NCBI RefSeq assembly: GCF_000281045.1
Contig: NW_008246174.1
Coordinates: 3,042 to 67,041, forward strand
Direction of reading: 5' to 3'
Source: Saprolegnia diclina VS20
Lineage: Eukaryota
DNA: 64,000 nucleotides
Below are positions 12,313 through 22,231 of this stretch, in pieces (the stretch's first letter is position 1; each line of letters opens with the position of its first letter). The notes below the pieces were generated by a model. It was given only the letters and a program-made list of their open reading frames with translations. It did not search any database and had not been told where the DNA came from. The position numbers and the translations under genes are program-made.

Positions 12313-12913
12313 GCGTTTAAAGTTGCGTTTCTTTAGTCTGATATCTCACTATCCGGATAAAATGTGTCCGACGTTTGGGCCGGTTGTGGGTGGCCGTCGT
12401 GTGCACGCTTGGCATAGGCTCTGCGGCATTGCTATGTAGCATTCTATAAACTCTTCGAGGGACATGGCATATGCGATCAAAGTCCTTCGCAGCTGCATGG
12501 GCCCGCCATTGTCGACGTACGACAGGAAACCGATGGCTTGCCTTTTCTGTCAACACCTTCTAGATCTGCGCAATTCTGCGGTGCCAGTACCGTAGTAAGT
12601 AGCGGCGCCACGTCGTCAGCGTCAACCTACATCTTCGGGCTGCCTCTCGGACTTGCATTGCGCCATGCGTGCGTGACGGAGAGAGACTGAGCGCCGCATC
12701 GAGGTGGAGTGAAGCAACGATCGTCGCTCGTAGGTACTACAGCGGTAGCGAAGCTGGTAGCGACAGTCTCTGCCGCATTCTCGCTTCATCGTCTCGTCCC
12801 CACCACCAGCCTTTCGTTTGATTACAATCTCCGGACCAAAACCATGGCGTGGCAACTTGGTTGCCCATGACGTCGATAGCGCGCGCCTCTGATTGGGCGA
12901 GAGCTTGAGTGGG

Positions 12914-12940
12914 ATGACGTCATGCCGCATCCGGATGCGG
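12914..12940. promoter_or_regulatory. CRE-like palindrome ATGACGTCAT abutting a 16-bp palindrome CCGCATCCGGATGCGG upstream of the elongase
   Basis: Both palindromes are read directly (12914-12923, 12925-12940). TGACGTCA is the canonical bZIP (CREB/ATF) site; function here is inferred. Confidence 0.35.
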
Positions 12941-13251
12941 TCCCGTCGTCCGAGTTCGGGGCACGCCTAAAGTGCGACATGGCAATTATCTCTGATTTCG
13001 TAAGCGATCTCGTTTAGGTACGATCGAACGCCACCTGGCGCGTCGTTTCAAGCTGCCGTTCCCTCCGCGGGTTCTCTAAAGTGCGGTTGTCGCCGATCTT
13101 TGTGATGTCATATCCAGCCGACGCGCATGCGCCGCGCTGTGATTGGCCACGAAGAGGCATAGAGCGATCTTGGGTGACGCTGTTGATGCAACCTCGGCTA
13201 CAAGAATGCGACAAAGTCTCAGTTTGCATTTTGCCTCGTCCTGACAACACG

Positions 13252-14109
13252 ATGAGCTTCCCCCGCACGCCCGCGCTTCACGAAGAGTACCCGGCGCTCA
13301 GCGTCCTCTACCCGTTCGAGTGGGAGAACAAGTGGTTCTTCACGTGGGAGCACGGCTTCTGCAAGGACACGATGCCCCACGTCGTCGTGCTCTGCGCCAT
13401 CTACTGCGTGCTCTGCCTCGGCGGCCGCGAAGTCATGCGGTCGCGGTCGGCGTTCGGCCTCCAGACGGCGCTCGCGCTTTGGAACCTCGGCCTCGCGACC
13501 TTCTCCATCATGGGCGCGATCCGCACTGTGCCCTTCCTCCTCAACACGCTCGCGGTCCGCGGGTGGCACCACGCCGTGTGCGCCGAAGCCATGCCCCACT
13601 ACGGCCACGGCCCGGTTTCGTTCTGGGTCACGCTCTTCATCTTCTCCAAGATCCCGGAGCTCGTCGACACCATGTTCATCGTGCTCCGCAAGAAGCCGCT
13701 CATCTTCCTGCATTGGTACCACCACATCACGGTCTTGATGTTCTGCTGGCACGCGTACGCCAACCTCTCGCCCAGCGGTCTCTTCTTCGTCGCGATGAAC
13801 TACACGGTGCACGGCGTCATGTACTTTTACTACTTCCTCGCCGCCATTGGCATCCGCGCGTCGTGGGCCAAGTTTGTCACGATCATCCAGCTCCTCCAAA
13901 TGGTCGTCGGCGTCGCCGTCTGCGCGTCCGGTGTCTACTACGTCAAGGCCGGCGTCACGTGCGAGCTCGACCGCGAGAACCTCAAGTGGGGCATCCTCAT
14001 GTACTCGAGCTACTTTGCGCTCTTCCTCAAGTTCTTCCTCGAGCGCTACTTCTTCAAGGCGCCGGCCAAGAAGACCGCCGCTATCGCGGACAAGAAGAAG
14101 ACGCTCTAA
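13252..14109 (+). CDS. GNS1/SUR4 (ELO) fatty-acid elongase, ELOVL6-like, intronless
   Basis: Motifs SKIPELVDT, FLHWYHH (His box), MNYTVHGVMYFYY and IQLLQM. C-terminal KKTL is a di-lysine ER-retrieval signal. Confidence 0.95.
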   Translation: MSFPRTPALHEEYPALSVLYPFEWENKWFFTWEHGFCKDTMPHVVVLCAIYCVLCLGGREVMRSRSAFGLQTALALWNLGLATFSIMGAIRTVPFLLNTLAVRGWHHAVCAEAMPHYGHGPVSFWVTLFIFSKIPELVDTMFIVLRKKPLIFLHWYHHITVLMFCWHAYANLSPSGLFFVAMNYTVHGVMYFYYFLAAIGIRASWAKFVTIIQLLQMVVGVAVCASGVYYVKAGVTCELDRENLKWGILMYSSYFALFLKFFLERYFFKAPAKKTAAIADKKKTL

Positions 14110-15083
14110 GCATTTGTATCATTAGTAGTAAGAAACACCTTTTTGGCCAATCGCAGTCACGTCTTCGGTGTTGACGCAGCAACGCGCTGAAGGACCATCC
14201 GTGGCAGCGCTTGCTTCATCAAACCTTCAGATGTGGGGTTGCATGATTCGAACTTGGCTCGAATTCGCAATCGATCCGTGCAGCGCTTGCGAATGCAGTG
14301 CGTTCACTGCAGCAAGGCCATAAACCTTGAACGTAAGTTTATGGCCTTGACTGTAGGTGCGACGTCAACACGACCCTTCCTCTCGACGCATAACGCACGA
14401 AGGACCTTTATGACGAAGCAATGCCAACTTGATGCAGAGCAACTTATGTTTACGCAGCGACTCGCGCAGCTCCAGGACACCTTCGGTGCTCACCCAGTCT
14501 ATAAGCAGATGACGATATTCCACCCATACACTCTAGTCGCTCATGGTCGCGCATCGTAGACAATGTGATCTATGATGTGCGATGCAAACTCAGATCCATC
14601 GATGCGGCCAACGGCGACGCTTCTTCAATGGAATGCACGAGGAATACACATAGTATTCGCTTGTAGAGGGTCCACTTCAAGAACGCGGGCAGATCACGCA
14701 GGCACGATGTACTTCATTGAGAGAGACATTCGTGCTTGGACGATGCAAACGGTCCACAGCGCTGGATCCAACCTTCAAAACCTCCGTGTCAAAGGCTGCT
14801 GGGGTGTCGATACAGTCTTTGATCCTCACAGACACCCCGAGATCGAGACCCGATGCCTTGAGCTAAATGCACTGGCGATACTCTTGCAGCCCGTAAACCA
14901 AAACTTCTTTGAGAGCAAGAGCGACGCTGGCATTCGGACGGCAAAAGATCGCAATCTGGTCACCGCGGCCTGCGAGCCAATCACCGCCGGCCCTGCCACC
15001 TCGTATTAAAAATAAGAGCCACCCTTACAATTCACCTGGTGTAATTAAAAATGCAATAAAATACGCCGCCCGACCACGAACCC

Positions 15084-16249
15084 ATGAGCGAGCTACCACC
15101 GCTGGCGCCCAAGCCGCGCGTCAACTTCCAGTCGTTCCGGCCCGAGACGTATGGCACGGTCGCGCCTCTCTCGGAGCTCTCGGGTCACTCCAACTACACG
15201 TACGCGCTGGGCTGGAACGCGGCCGGGAGCCTCCTCGCGTCTGGCAGCACGGACAAGTCGCTGCGCATCTGGGACCCCGAGACGAACATGCTCGTGACCG
15301 ACTGCATTGGCCACGGCGACTCGGTGAACCAGCTGACGTGGGACCCGACGAGCAACACGCGCGTGGCGTCGACGTCCGGCGACAAGACCGTGCGCATCTG
15401 GGACACGAAATCGTCCAAGGCTACAGCCAACCTGCCTTTTTCGTCCGAGATCATGAACCTCGCATACAGCCAGGACGGCAAGTACATTGCTGCGGGCCAC
15501 AACGATACGACCATCTAGTACGCACAGCGTCCTCTTCGCTCGCTTGTACTCATTGCATCATGCATGTAGCCTCATCGACACGCGCAAGAACAAGATGGTG
15601 CGGCGCATCGTCAACCTCTTTGACGTGAACGAGCTCCAGTTCTCCAAGTCGGGCTTCCTCTTCGTCGCAGCTGGTACGCTATTGCTATGTGGCGCCTCTC
15701 GGATGCGAAGATCTGGTGTAGGCCATCCGTCGGGATACGGGACCTTTGAGGTCATGAAGATCGCACAGGACGACAAGGCCGTACCCCCGACGCTAGAGAA
15801 CGTGACCAAGGTCATTGCGCACTCGGGCAGCTGCTTTGCGATGGACCTCGACCCGACCGGCCGGTACACTAGACGCCCTTGCCATTTCGTACAATGATGA
15901 TGGATGTAGGCGACTGGCCCTCGGCGGCGCTGACTCGCTCGTGAGCATTTGGGACCTCGAGGAAGTCTACTGCGAGCACACGTTCATTGGGTCGCAGTCG
16001 CTCATCCGCACTGTCTCGTTCTCGCACGACGGCATGTTCCTCGCCTCGGGCAGCGAAGACCCGTGCATCCCCATTCTGCACGTGCCCACAGGCGAGCTCG
16101 CCTTCTCGATCGGCATGACCGACTCGCCACAGCAGATCGCATGGCACCCGGCCAAGCCCGTGCTCGCGTACGTCGGTGACAAGGGCGCGCTCGAAAAGAA
16201 CAAGGATCGACTCGGCGCGATCAAGCTCGTCTCGTTAAAGGCGCCGTAA
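15084..16249 (+). CDS. THOC3: WD40 protein, THO complex subunit 3 (Tex1)-like; 3 introns
   Basis: WD repeats (LASGSTDKSLRIWD, GHGDSVNQLTWDP, STSGDKTVRIWD, LALGGADSLVSIWDL, IAWHPAKPVLAY) span ORFs 15084, 15487 and 15815 and are joined by GT-AG introns. Confidence 0.8.
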
Positions 16250-16271
16250 ACACGCTGTATAAGTGTAGAGA

Positions 16272-16959
16272 CTAGAGCTCGTCCTTGGGCAACAAAGCGC
16301 ACGCTATCGGATTGGTGACGCCCATTCCGTCATCGACACGCGTCGTACCTCGCAGCTTGTGCACGCAGACGGGGTCTTGCTGGGGCGAGAGGTTGTTGTA
16401 GAACGCTGTCGTGAGCTCGTCGGCGAATTCGTCGACAAAGTGGTGGCACTAGACGGCGAGGTGGTCGGCTGCATGCACGAGAAGAGAAGTTCTACCGCGT
16501 TGGCAACGGCGTACTTCAAGCGCCGATGGGGCGTGCCGGTGCTCGGCACTTGCACGTCGTCGCACACCGTGTCGAGCACTTCGAGGATGCGCCCCTAACA
16601 AGCGAGCATTTGAGGGACTATCAGAAGCATGTTGTCAACCTCGCTGCGAGAGTACGGAATTTGCTTCTTCTCTTCGCTGATGCGAAAGACGACCTCCATG
16701 TGGTGGTCGTTCTCGGTTTGGTTGAGCTGCGATTCGATGTCGTGCACAATCGTCCAACACACTAGTACGTCGCATGAGTCGCATGCGAGGATGGACGCGT
16801 CGACGGACAGCAGCAGCCGGCGGGCTGGGTCGTTGACGCGCACGTGAGCTCTGCATGGCCGATCTTCTGAAAGGCCTTGGCATGGTCCCAGCGCGATTTG
16901 ACCCAGGCGTTGGCCACCGCCAGGCTCATGGCGACAGCCACTACCGGCGCGCAACGCAT
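16272..16959 (-). CDS. Canopy/CNPY-like (saposin-B, DUF3456-type) ER-lumen protein ending in KDEL; multi-exon
   Basis: Signal peptide MRCAPVVAVAMSLAVANA, then CWTIVHDIE...FRISEEKKQIPYSRSE|GRILEVLDTVC...FVDEFADEL...VCVHKLR|ACALLPKDEL*. The last intron is 16304-16348. The first exon junction is unresolved. Confidence 0.75.
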
Positions 16960-17407
16960 GTTTAAAACTGAGATTTCACAAGTCAGATCTCATCTGGCAC
17001 CAAAGACGTACCGTCGCCGCCTGCCCGGCGTCGCCAACCAACGACAGCAGCTCTCGTAGGCTCGATCCACCGATCCTTCTCTAGCGTCTCTGCGAGCCAA
17101 GCACGAGGCTACATGCTGATGCCCTGCGCGTCGAGCCTCGGCGCCCGTCGATCCCGGCTTCCAGAAATTTCCACTTCGAAAATTGACACGGTATCTTTCC
17201 TGCCGGATACGGCCATAGGCATTGCCATACAAATATCAAATGGTTTACCAGCATCCGGATATTTTGAGCTAGCTGGGCAATACAAATGCATACTTATACA
17301 CTTGATATTTGTATGTCGCTTAGGAATACCATCGCGCGTTCGTTTTTCGAAGCGTTGTTTTCCGGACATCGGTCCGTATCCGGAAGATCGACCTTGCATT
17401 TCGGAGG

Positions 17408-17423
17408 TCATTTTCCGATTTGC
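17408..17423 (+). promoter_or_regulatory. Oomycete Inr+FPR core promoter of GRP94
   Basis: TCATTTTCCGATTTGC, ending 10 nt before the ATG, matches the oomycete Inr (YCAYTYY) plus FPR (MWTTTNC-like) arrangement. Confidence 0.7.
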
Positions 17424-17432
17424 AACACGAAC

Positions 17433-19922
17433 ATGGGAGCGCGGTCGATTTGGAAGGGGCTGCTGTTGCTTGCCACGGTCCTCTGCGCCATGAGCATGCA
17501 AGCTTCCGAGGTGCATGGGGCCAAGGTAGACGGCCTCGTCGAGACAAGCTTGGGCGTCGACCAGCTGGACGGCGCGCTTCTCAATGGCGACAAGTTCCAG
17601 TTCCAGGCCGAGGTTAGCCGCCTCATGGACATCATCATCAACTCGCTGTACAAGAGCAAGGAGATCTTCCTGCGCGAGCTCATCTCGAACGCGTCGGACG
17701 CCCTCGACAAGCTGCGCTTCCTCGCGCTCTCGGACAACTCGCTCCTCGGCGAGAAGAAGGAGCTCGAGATCCGCATCTCGTACGACAAGGACGGCAAGAC
17801 GCTGACGATCCGCGACACGGGTATTGGCATGACCAAGGACGACTTGATCAAGAACCTCGGGACCGTGGCCAAGAGCGGGACGGCCAATTTTGTGCAGATG
17901 ATGCAGAACGGCGCGGACGCGACCATGATTGGCCAGTTTGGCGTCGGCTTTTACTCGGTCTACCTTGTCTCGGACAAGGTCCGCGTCGTCTCCAAGAACA
18001 ACGACGACGAACAGTACATTTGGGAGTCGAACGCGAACGCGAGCTTCACGGTGACCAAGGACCCGCGCGGCAACACGCTCGGCCGCGGGACTGAGATCAC
18101 GCTCTTCCTCAAGAAGGACGCGATGGAGTTCCAGGACCAGGCCAAGCTCAAGCAGCTCGTGTCGCACTACAGCGAGTTCATCAACTTCCCCATCTACGTG
18201 CACACGAGCCACGAAGAGACGGTCGAGGTTGACGAGGACGAGGACGAGTACGAGGAGGTCGACGAGACAGACGACACGTCGGCCGAGACCGAGACTGAGA
18301 CTGAGACTGAGACCGAGTCGGACGAGCTCGAGGCGGAAGAGGAGCCGGCGGCGTCGCCCGAAAAGAAGACGGAGAAGAAAACGGTGTGGGAGTGGGACCG
18401 CGTGAACGAGGTCAAGGCCATCTGGACGCGCAACAAGGAGGACGTCGAGGACAAGGAGTACCAGAACTTCTTCAAGGCGATCGGCAAGGACGCCAACGAC
18501 CCGCTGACGTGGATCCACTTTGTCGCCGAGGGCGAGATCGAGTTCAAGAGCATCATGTACATCCCGTCCAAGGCCCCGCACGACCTCTACCAGCGCTTCG
18601 AGCACAAGCGCGCCGACGTCAAGCTCTATGTGCGCAAGGTGCTCATTTCCGACTCGTTTGACGAGTTTTTGCCCAAGTACCTCAACTTTATCGTCGGCGT
18701 CGTCGACTCGGACGACCTCCCGATCAACGTCTCGCGCGAGACGCTTCAAGAGAACAAGATCCTCCGCGTCATGCGCAAGAAGCTCATCCGCAAGGTGCTC
18801 GAGATGCTCCGCAAGCTCAGCGAGAACGACACGTCCGACGACGACGACGACGAGCCCAAGACGTCGGACGAGACCACGGACGACGCGCCGGCGACGACCG
18901 ACAGCGCCACGTACCTCCAGTTTTGGGAGAACTTTGGCAAGAACATCAAGATCGGCATCATGGACGACGCCGCCAACAAGCCCAAGCTGCTCAAGCTCCT
19001 CCGCTTCAAGTCGTCGCTGCACCCGGACAAGTACATCAGCCTCCCCGCGTACGTGAGCCGCATGGCGTCGTGGCAGGATATGATCTATTACATTGCGGGC
19101 GAGTCGGTCGAAGCTGTCGAGAAGAGCCCGTTTTTGCAAGCGTGCAAGGCCAAGGGCGTCGAGGTCCTGTACCTCGTTGACCCGCTCGACGAGTACGTTA
19201 TGCAGCACATCCCCGACTTTGATGGCAAGAAGATGCAGTCGATCACGAAGGAAGGCCTCAAGTTTGGCGACGACGACGAAGCGACGCTCACGCGCCGCCA
19301 CAAGCTCTACACGGAGCAGTACGAGTCGCTCATCTCGGGCCTCAAGGAACTCTACGGCGCCAAGATCTCTAAAATCACCATCTCCAAGGCCGGCCTCGAC
19401 ACGCCGGCGGTCATGGTCACGTCGCAGTGGGGCCACTCGGCCAACATGGAGCGCATCATCAAGGCGCAGACGTTCGCCAACCCCGCGGCGGCCAACCCGA
19501 TGGCGCAAAAGATCCTCGAGCTCAACCCGCGCCACCCGATCGTCGTCAAGCTCCGCGACCTCTTCAACACGGCGGGCGAGTCGACCGAGACCAAGGACCT
19601 CGCGTGGCTCCTCTACGACGCGGCGTTGACCAACTCGGGCTTCGCGATGGACGACGTCGACCACTTCTCGTCGCGCGTGTACCGCATCATGAAGTCGAGC
19701 ATGCAGCTCGACACGCTCGAGCTCGAGCCCGAGATGGAGCTGCCGGCGATCGTCGAAGAAGAGATCAAGGACGACGACGACGACGACAACGAGCCTGCCG
19801 AGGACGAGCACGTGCTCTTGGACGACGAGAGCTCGACGACCGAGGACGAGCCATTGATGGCCGACGACGAGCCGGCAGTGGCTGAGATGGACGCCGAGAC
19901 GGATGCCAAGGACGAGCTGTAG
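17433..19922 (+). CDS. HSP90B1: Endoplasmin / GRP94 (ER HSP90), intronless
   Basis: Signal peptide; [43 protein letters not shown] and [16 protein letters not shown]-terminal KDEL. Confidence 0.97.
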   Translation: MGARSIWKGLLLLATVLCAMSMQASEVHGAKVDGLVETSLGVDQLDGALLNGDKFQFQAEVSRLMDIIINSLYKSKEIFLRELISNASDALDKLRFLALSDNSLLGEKKELEIRISYDKDGKTLTIRDTGIGMTKDDLIKNLGTVAKSGTANFVQMMQNGADATMIGQFGVGFYSVYLVSDKVRVVSKNNDDEQYIWESNANASFTVTKDPRGNTLGRGTEITLFLKKDAMEFQDQAKLKQLVSHYSEFINFPIYVHTSHEETVEVDEDEDEYEEVDETDDTSAETETETETETESDELEAEEEPAASPEKKTEKKTVWEWDRVNEVKAIWTRNKEDVEDKEYQNFFKAIGKDANDPLTWIHFVAEGEIEFKSIMYIPSKAPHDLYQRFEHKRADVKLYVRKVLISDSFDEFLPKYLNFIVGVVDSDDLPINVSRETLQENKILRVMRKKLIRKVLEMLRKLSENDTSDDDDDEPKTSDETTDDAPATTDSATYLQFWENFGKNIKIGIMDDAANKPKLLKLLRFKSSLHPDKYISLPAYVSRMASWQDMIYYIAGESVEAVEKSPFLQACKAKGVEVLYLVDPLDEYVMQHIPDFDGKKMQSITKEGLKFGDDDEATLTRRHKLYTEQYESLISGLKELYGAKISKITISKAGLDTPAVMVTSQWGHSANMERIIKAQTFANPAAANPMAQKILELNPRHPIVVKLRDLFNTAGESTETKDLAWLLYDAALTNSGFAMDDVDHFSSRVYRIMKSSMQLDTLELEPEMELPAIVEEEIKDDDDDDNEPAEDEHVLLDDESSTTEDEPLMADDEPAVAEMDAETDAKDEL
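18285..18317 (+). repeat. (GAGACY)n hexamer repeat encoding Glu-Thr in the GRP94 charged linker
   Basis: gagacc gagact gagact gagact gagacc gag, read directly. Confidence 0.8.
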
Positions 19923-20239
19923 GCAGCGGAATGCACCCACGACGCGACCGTTGTACATAGTACTACTTCTGTGCAGGAATCGCAAGGCGATTTTCTGGGT
20001 GAATATACTGATATTTTGGATACGGGTTGCGCCAGAGCATGTAGTTGCACGCGGACGCCCGCAGAAGCACGCAATTTGCGGCTACTTGGTCAGTTGTTTG
20101 CCGAAACCAGCCAGCAACTGGTTCATTTCGCACTCAGATTGGATCTGAGTCGGTTGCTGAAATTTTGGAATTGCGTTTGAGCGAGGATGGCAAGAGCGAC
20201 GACGTGCATCATTCTCGCATTCGCCTCGCTCTGCCGACG

Positions 20240-22108
20240 ATGACCTCGCTCCTCTCGCTCGACGTCCACGTCCACCCCATCGACCCCGTGCGCGGGTCCC
20301 GCGTCGCCCGCACCCTCGCGCTCTCGACGGTCGCCGGCCGGACGCTGATCGTGCTCGCGGCGCCGCCGTCAAAGGACCAGCCGGTCCCGCCGATCGTCGA
20401 CGCATATGACCTCGGCGACTGTACGCGCGCCGACATTGTGGCGCCGACACCGATCGCACCGACGCTGCTCGACCTCGGCTTTGCGACCGGTCGCCAACTG
20501 CTGCTCGACTGCCACTCGGTGAACGCGCAAATGGACTTGCTCGAAGCGCTGCGCCCGTTTGTGAGCGAACGCAATGCACCCGACGGTCCCGTGTGGCGCC
20601 AACTCCTCGCAGCGACGACGACGAACGCGGCTGCGCTGCCGCCGGTGACGCACTTGCCGTCGGTCGCCGACGTCCAGGCGCATGTCCGCGGCATGAAGCG
20701 CATGTACGACCTGCTTCAAGCGATTCCATCGGCGCCGGCGCTCTACGAGACGCTCTTGGACCTCGAGGCCGCGTATGTGGCCGAGCACGTGTCGCTTCGG
20801 ACGGCGCCGGCACCGGACAACTTTTGCCACACGGTGTACCAGCTGCACCCGCTGGCGTTCGCCCTCGGGACCAACGCGCCTCGGCCGACCAAGAAGTCGC
20901 TCAAGATGATCGCGGGCGTGTGTCCCTACTGCCACGCCGAGCTGCCGCGCTGCACCAAGGACAGCATGTATTTGCAGCAGTGCGACATTCGGTGCGCTTC
21001 TTGCCACGAGCTCTTTGGGCCCGAGACGTACTACAAGACCGCGCACGGCACGACGGCCTTCAACGTGCCGCTGCGCAAGACGCTGAGCGCGTGCCCGCAC
21101 AAGACGTGCCGACACCCGATTGCCGCTGACGCGCAGTTCCGACTGCACATCCTCGGCGACGTCATTTCTTGTGCCAAGTGCAAGAGCGACCTCGCGTACG
21201 AGACGTTCCAGATCGCCGTCTTCATCCAAGAACACCCGACGTTCGAGCTGCTCACCAACAAGAAGCGGGCGCACGTGACGCTGCGCATCGCGGCGCCGGG
21301 GATCCCGACCGACGGCACGTGGGCGACGTTCATTTCCGAGGTGCAAGCGCGCATCGCCGACGTGGCCGACACGGCGTGCAAGGACGGCGTGTACTTTTTC
21401 CGGCAGCTCATCCACCGCGCGCTCGTGCTCGTGCAGGTCAACGCGGTCGGCGCCTTCTCGATCGACCTCGTGCAGGCCATGTACCGCCAGCTTGACTTTG
21501 TGCAAAAGGTGTGTCCCAACGTCGAGTACTGGCTCAACGACGACGTGCTCGCAACGAGCCTCGTCCGGTACCGGCAGTTCATCGAGGCTGTCCGCACCAA
21601 GAAGGCTGGCGAGATGCTCGTGCCGACCATCGACATTGATTTGGCGTGGCACACGCACATGACGATGCCGCCAGAGTACATTCGGTGCAGCTCCAAAGCC
21701 GTGGGTTTTGTCATGGACCACGACGACACGGTCGCGGGGCCGTCGCTCACGACTGCGTTTGCGGCCACGCGCGGCCTCTGGTCGTCGACGCACGGCGCCG
21801 CGTACTCGCAGTACAACAGCAAGGACTTTGGCCTCTTTGCGGCCAAGGACGTTCGGTTTGCCCACGCGCTGAGCCAACTGGCGGACGATGCGACGGTCGT
21901 CCTCTCGCTCATTGGGACGCCCGTGTTTGACCACCGGACGCGTGTCAACGCCTCGCACGGCGACGCGCTCATGCAGGCCAGCGGAATCTACACGACCAAG
22001 GGACCGGTCACGCAAGGCGACAACAACGTCGACACGGGCTGCGCGCTCGGCGGTTGCGGCGAGACGGGCCTCATGAAGCTCCTCGGCATCAAGCACAAAG
22101 TGCGCTAA
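20240..22108 (+). CDS. Glycine-rich-domain (GRDP / DUF1399-like) protein with Cys-rich central region
   Basis: Motifs DLVQAMYRQLDFVQK, LVPTIDIDLAWHTHM and DHDD; CxxC-type clusters CPYC, CASC, CPHKTC and CAKC; C-terminal GCALGGCG. Confidence 0.8.
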   Translation: MTSLLSLDVHVHPIDPVRGSRVARTLALSTVAGRTLIVLAAPPSKDQPVPPIVDAYDLGDCTRADIVAPTPIAPTLLDLGFATGRQLLLDCHSVNAQMDLLEALRPFVSERNAPDGPVWRQLLAATTTNAAALPPVTHLPSVADVQAHVRGMKRMYDLLQAIPSAPALYETLLDLEAAYVAEHVSLRTAPAPDNFCHTVYQLHPLAFALGTNAPRPTKKSLKMIAGVCPYCHAELPRCTKDSMYLQQCDIRCASCHELFGPETYYKTAHGTTAFNVPLRKTLSACPHKTCRHPIAADAQFRLHILGDVISCAKCKSDLAYETFQIAVFIQEHPTFELLTNKKRAHVTLRIAAPGIPTDGTWATFISEVQARIADVADTACKDGVYFFRQLIHRALVLVQVNAVGAFSIDLVQAMYRQLDFVQKVCPNVEYWLNDDVLATSLVRYRQFIEAVRTKKAGEMLVPTIDIDLAWHTHMTMPPEYIRCSSKAVGFVMDHDDTVAGPSLTTAFAATRGLWSSTHGAAYSQYNSKDFGLFAAKDVRFAHALSQLADDATVVLSLIGTPVFDHRTRVNASHGDALMQASGIYTTKGPVTQGDNNVDTGCALGGCGETGLMKLLGIKHKVR

Positions 22109-22231
22109 GCTTCCTCTTCCTCTCTGTCTATGATAATGCAATAGTCTTGTTTGTGGCATCTTCAAGTGTACGTTTGTGAGAAGCGTGGTCCTTGCTGGAC
22201 TGTTGGCGTTGCCAATGGAGACGCTGGCTTT

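Noticed and set aside
17109..19985. 958-aa antisense ORF opposite GRP94
   Set aside because: Shadow ORF. Strong GC3 bias on the sense strand removes TTA/CTA/TCA codons and hence antisense stops. The product is V/L/R-rich with no recognisable domain.
4295..22165. Other long antisense or alternate-frame ORFs (e.g. 4295-5962, 8591-10039, 11167-12306, 20369-22165)
   Set aside because: Same codon-bias artefact; each overlaps a well-supported gene.
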